From an uncultured Actinomycetota bacterium (GTDB lineage: Bacteria; Actinomycetota; Actinomycetes; Propionibacteriales; Nocardioidaceae), in contig CAWIOB010000011.1 in the NCBI GenBank assembly GCA_963837595.1, positions 1,397 to 65,396 of the forward strand: a DNA stretch of 64,000 nt, given 5' to 3'. A program made the position numbers and the translations under genes. Below the pieces are notes generated by a model. That model saw only the letters and a list, made by a program, of their open reading frames with translations. It had not been told where the DNA came from and made no database searches. Within the stretch, counting starts at the first letter, position 1. Every line of letters starts with the position of its first letter. Positions 59,993 through 64,000 of this stretch are shown here, one piece after another.

Positions 59993-60399
59993 CTGCGATC
60001 CGCGCCGGCGGGCGGATCCTGCGGAAGTCGAACCCCAGTAGAAAGCTGCTCGAACCCCAGAAAGTCGCCCGACCCGTGGCCTTCCACCACCGGCCGGGTG
60101 CGGCGCTGGCCTTCGGCTCCGTCGGCATCGCGCGCCACGACTCTGGCCTTTCGGCCACGCTCCGCAGTCAGGCAACCCCCGGTTCTGCGCTGCGGCACGG
60201 CCTATTTCGGTGCACTCGAAAGGTCACGATTCGTGCAGTTTCCTGGTTTCACCTCGTGGTTCTGAGATTTGCGCTTTGATAACGGTTCTACTACTTTCGT
60301 TGACTTGCCATGCTGGTACAGGGTGCGGATCTCGGGCTGTATCAGCGACATGACAGATGTTTGTGCATCGGGTTCCCCCGCCCTGTGCCCGGAGGTTTT

Positions 60400-62106
60400 A
60401 TGAACTTCAGGTCCGAGAACAATCCCGAACCTGCCCATCGACTATCCCCCCCGAGACACCGCGCAAGCCTGGATCTCGCCACCAGGACGCGAACGCCTCG
60501 CCGCACAGTGATCCTGATCGGCACCCTGGTCGCCATGCTCGTGGCCGTTCCTGCTGCGCTGGCCATGACCGGCGGCCTCAAGACCGGCAAGATCTCCTTG
60601 CGGAGCATGGAGCTCGTCGTCAACGGAGACTTCGAGAACGGAACCACCGGCTGGAAGGTCAACGCTCCGGCCCGTCAGCAGATCCAGGCGGCGCGCCCTG
60701 CCGCCAACGGCGCGGCGGCGGCCGCGCTCACCAGCTCGACCGCCGGAACCGTGATGCTCAACGACGAGGTCCCGACCGTGGCCTCGACCACCGTGGGTCG
60801 CACCTACAACGTCAGCGCCTACGTCCGGTCCTCGGGCCCGGACCTGAAGGGTCTGCTGCGCATCCGCGAGGTGCGTGGCGGGGCTCAGATCGCCACGGCT
60901 CGCGCTGTGTTCCGGGCCACCGGATCTTCGTGGTCGCGCATCGAGCTCGCCTACACCACCACCAGCAACAATGCGGCCCTCGACCTGAACGTCGTCGGGC
61001 TCAAGGTGCCCGCCGGTGTCGGTCTCCTGGTCGACAGCGTCTCCATGGTCGCCATGGAGACCATCTCGACGCCGCCGAGCGCTCCGACGTCCGCACCGAC
61101 CTCCTCGAGCCCGTCGATCTCACCGTCATCGAGCCCGACGAGCACGCCGACCAAGAGCCCGACGTCGACTCCGACGTCGAGCCCGACGTCGAGCCCGACC
61201 TCCACCCCGACCTCGACGCCGACGTCGAGCCCGACCTCGACGCCCAGCGCGCCGCCCCCGTCGAAGGGCTGCGTCAGCAACGCCATGGGGATCCCCGCCA
61301 CGGGGACCTACCTCGGTGCCGTGGTGAACGGGGTGAGCACCATCGAGCAGCGTGAGACCCAACTGGGCGGCACGATGGCCCTGCACCGCAGCTACTTCTC
61401 AGCCGACCGGATCGCCGGCGCGGTGAAGCAGGCCAATGCGGACCTGGCAGCCGGACGACTCCCGTGGATCAGCTTCAAGGAGCCGTTGTCGTGGTCGCAG
61501 ATGGCCAGCGGTGCCGGAGATGCGTGGGCGACCCAGCTGGCCGATGCGCTGGCGACGGTGAACGGTCCCGTGTGGCTCGCCGTGCACCACGAGCCGGAGA
61601 ACGACGGTGACATGGCGCTGTGGACCAAGATGCAGGCCCGGATCGCGCCGATCATCCACGCGCGGACCAACAACGTGGCCTACTCGGTGATCTACAGCGG
61701 GTGGAACACCTTCGGCGGTGACACGAACACGGTCGCCACCAAGTGGCCCGGTGACGCCAACGTGGACATCCTCGCCATCGACGCCTACAACGACTTCGGC
61801 GCCGTCCGCAACGGCAAGGAGGGCACGAAGGTCCTGGAGCTGAAGACCTACTACGCCAAGATGGCGGCATGGTCGAAGGCGCACGGGACCAGGTTCGCCA
61901 TCGGTGAGACCGGACAGACAGCCAAGGCGTCCGCGCTCGACCCGACGTGGCTCGACCGGACCTACCACGACATGATCGCGGCCGGAGGGATCGGCCTGTC
62001 CTACTACGACTCCAACGCCAACTCGGTGGCGGACTGGTCGTTGAACGACAAGGTCAAGTTCGGTCGGTTCAAGGCACTGATGCCGGAGTCCCCGCACATC
62101 TGCTGA
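60400..62106 (+). CDS. exported glycoside hydrolase: CBM4/9-like domain, PTS linker, GH26-like catalytic domain
   Basis: RBS GGAGG; TM/signal segment; VNGDFENGTTGW; (SPTST)n linker; HHEPEND, WPGD.NVDILAIDAYN, FAIGETG. Confidence 0.78.
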   Translation: MNFRSENNPEPAHRLSPPRHRASLDLATRTRTPRRTVILIGTLVAMLVAVPAALAMTGGLKTGKISLRSMELVVNGDFENGTTGWKVNAPARQQIQAARPAANGAAAAALTSSTAGTVMLNDEVPTVASTTVGRTYNVSAYVRSSGPDLKGLLRIREVRGGAQIATARAVFRATGSSWSRIELAYTTTSNNAALDLNVVGLKVPAGVGLLVDSVSMVAMETISTPPSAPTSAPTSSSPSISPSSSPTSTPTKSPTSTPTSSPTSSPTSTPTSTPTSSPTSTPSAPPPSKGCVSNAMGIPATGTYLGAVVNGVSTIEQRETQLGGTMALHRSYFSADRIAGAVKQANADLAAGRLPWISFKEPLSWSQMASGAGDAWATQLADALATVNGPVWLAVHHEPENDGDMALWTKMQARIAPIIHARTNNVAYSVIYSGWNTFGGDTNTVATKWPGDANVDILAIDAYNDFGAVRNGKEGTKVLELKTYYAKMAAWSKAHGTRFAIGETGQTAKASALDPTWLDRTYHDMIAAGGIGLSYYDSNANSVADWSLNDKVKFGRFKALMPESPHIC

Positions 62107-62211
62107 CCTGCCCACGCTGGCAGGCTCATCGCCCGGACGCCGACTCGTCGTACATCTTCGACGGGTCGGCGTCCTGGTTCTCCACCACGCATCTGACCTA
62201 GGGTGCGAGGC

Positions 62212-63825
62212 ATGGAGTCGTACGCCGCAGGCGAGACCACGCAGCCGTTGCTGGAGGAGACCATCGGGGCCAACTTCGAGCGGACCGTGGCCGAGCGAGG
62301 GGCAGCCGAGGCGCTCGTCGAGAGAGCCTCTGGCCGCCGATGGTCGTGGACCGAACTGGACGCCGACGTCGACGCATGCGCCCGCGGGCTGCTCGCCGCA
62401 GGGATCGCGAAGGGTGACCGGGTCGGGATCTGGGCGCCGAACTGTGCCGAGTGGACCATCACGCAATACGCCACGGCGAAGATCGGCGCCGTGCTGGTCA
62501 ACGTGAACCCGGCCTACCGCACCCACGAGTTCGCCTACGCCGTCAACCAGAGCGGCATGCGCCTGCTGATCGCGGCCTCCCGGTTCAAGACCAGCGACTA
62601 CCGCTCCATGGTCGAGGAGACGGCCGGACAGTGCCCCGACCTGGAACGCACCGTCTACCTCGACACCGACGACTGGTCAGCGCTCCTGTCGGCCGGAAGT
62701 GGCCTGCCGGCGACCGCGGTCGCGGATCGGCTGGCCACGCTGGACGCGCACGACCCGATCAACATCCAATACACCTCGGGTACGACGGGCTACCCCAAGG
62801 GCGCGACGCTCAGCCACCGCAACATCCTCAACAACGGCTACTTCGTGACCGAGCTCATCAACCTCCACGGCGAGGACCGGCTGTGCATCCCGGTGCCGTT
62901 CTACCACTGCTTCGGCATGGTGATGGCCAACCTCGGCTGCACCACCCACGGCGCGACCATGGTGATCCCGGCGCCGGGATTCGACCCCGCCCTGACGCTG
63001 GAGGCCGTGGCCGAGGAGCGGTGTACGGCGGTCTACGGGGTGCCCACGATGTTCATTGCGATGCAGAACGTGCCTGACTTCGCCTCCTACGACCTGTCGT
63101 CGCTGCGCACCGGGATCATGGCTGGCTCGATCTGCCCGGTCGAGGTGATGAAGCACTGCATCGACGATATGAACATGGCCGAGGTGTCGATCGCCTACGG
63201 CATGACCGAGACCTCGCCGGTGTCGTGCCAGACCCGCGACGACGACGACCTGGAACGGCGTACCGCCACCATCGGCCGCGCCGCACCGCACGTCGAGATC
63301 AAGGTCGTCGACCCAGCCACCGGTCAGACCGTGCAGCGCGGTGAGACCGGTGAGTTCTGCACCCGCGGCTACTCGGTGATGCTGGGCTACTGGGACGACC
63401 CCGCGAAGACCGCAGAGGCGATCGACCCGGAGGGCTGGATGCACACCGGCGATCTCGCCGAGATGCGCGAGGACGGCTACTGCAACATCGTCGGGCGGAT
63501 CAAGGACATGGTGATCCGCGGCGGGGAGAACATCTACCCGCGCGAGATCGAGGAGTTCCTCTACACCCACCCCGACATCGAGGACGTCCAGGTGATCGGG
63601 GTGCCGGATGAGAAGTACGGCGAGGAGCTCTGTGCCTGGGTGAAGCTGAAGGCCGGAGCCGAGCGACTGGATGCTGCGGCAGTGCGCGAGTTCGCGACCG
63701 GCAGGCTGGCCCACTACAAGATCCCGCGCTACGTGATGATCGTCGAGGACTTCCCGATGACGGTGACGGGCAAGATCCGCAAGGTGCAGATGCGTGAGGA
63801 GGCTGCCAAGAGCCTCGGCCTCTGA
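62212..63825 (+). CDS. AMP-dependent acyl-CoA synthetase
   Basis: [44 protein letters not shown]. Confidence 0.95.
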   Translation: MESYAAGETTQPLLEETIGANFERTVAERGAAEALVERASGRRWSWTELDADVDACARGLLAAGIAKGDRVGIWAPNCAEWTITQYATAKIGAVLVNVNPAYRTHEFAYAVNQSGMRLLIAASRFKTSDYRSMVEETAGQCPDLERTVYLDTDDWSALLSAGSGLPATAVADRLATLDAHDPINIQYTSGTTGYPKGATLSHRNILNNGYFVTELINLHGEDRLCIPVPFYHCFGMVMANLGCTTHGATMVIPAPGFDPALTLEAVAEERCTAVYGVPTMFIAMQNVPDFASYDLSSLRTGIMAGSICPVEVMKHCIDDMNMAEVSIAYGMTETSPVSCQTRDDDDLERRTATIGRAAPHVEIKVVDPATGQTVQRGETGEFCTRGYSVMLGYWDDPAKTAEAIDPEGWMHTGDLAEMREDGYCNIVGRIKDMVIRGGENIYPREIEEFLYTHPDIEDVQVIGVPDEKYGEELCAWVKLKAGAERLDAAAVREFATGRLAHYKIPRYVMIVEDFPMTVTGKIRKVQMREEAAKSLGL

Positions 63826-63853
63826 GCGGCCGGTCTCTCGTCCTTGCCCGGAC

Positions 63854-63884
63854 GACGGGAAATCGATGTACATCTGCGACAGGT
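63854..63884. repeat. REP-like element, single unit plus linker
   Basis: GTACATCTGCGACAGGT at 63868-63884; linker (reverse complement ATCGATTTCCCGTC) resembles ATCGAAATTGCGTC at 24012. Confidence 0.75.
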
Positions 63885-63902
63885 GAGCGGCAGCATGGAG
63901 GG

Positions 63903-64000
63903 ATGAGCCTCCGGATCCAGTGCCTCGTCATCGACTGCCACGACCCCGCCAGGCTGGCGAGGTTCTGGCAGCAGGTCCTCGGCTGGCGAGTGACCTACGA
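63903..64000 (+). CDS. VOC family protein (3'-truncated)
   Basis: RBS GGAGG; MSLRIQCLVIDCHDPARLARFWQQVLGW. Confidence 0.85.
   Translation, partial: MSLRIQCLVIDCHDPARLARFWQQVLGWRVTY

Noticed and set aside
60000-60399. c-di-AMP (ydaO) or c-di-GMP riboswitch before the GH26-like gene
   Set aside because: Only a GAACCGGGG fragment on the wrong strand; the other conserved blocks were not found.
61075-61260. Tandem DNA repeat array as a non-coding element
   Set aside because: It encodes an ordinary Ser/Pro/Thr linker between the CBM and catalytic domains.

Overview
High-GC actinobacterial chromosome segment; gene content and order suggest Nocardioidaceae (inference). In order it carries: a frameshifted glutamate-synthase-family gene; trehalose genes otsA/otsB; a SAM-I riboswitch ahead of a ThrC-like enzyme and a MoaD/CysO-type sulfur carrier; an ECF42-YciI pair; a CebR-controlled cellobiose ABC/GH1 operon; two ECF/anti-sigma pairs; CIRCE-controlled groEL2; a form II coxSLM molybdoenzyme cluster containing an isolated mftF-like gene, a GAF-wHTH activator and an inserted ~2.9 kb island; an SOS-boxed alkB; an ABC exporter; HelD; serA; a DUF4331 operon; XPB and its partner; PP2C/FHA genes; a CBM-GH26-like protein; and an acyl-CoA synthetase. 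Best candidates for new biology: (1) two matching SigK-type promoters (CCATCC-N15-CCGAA), one driving a Tat-peptide/signal-less DUF4331/His-rich protein operon and one driving an apparently non-coding ~130-nt RNA; (2) an island encoding a secreted cationic protein with pore-former-like hairpins, two paralogous partner proteins and two unannotated membrane peptides; (3) SARP-like heptamer sites linking the GAF regulator to the cox genes; (4) a dispersed 18-bp REP-like repeat family. Several single-base frameshifts look like sequencing errors. Family assignments come from motif recognition by eye; no searches were run.
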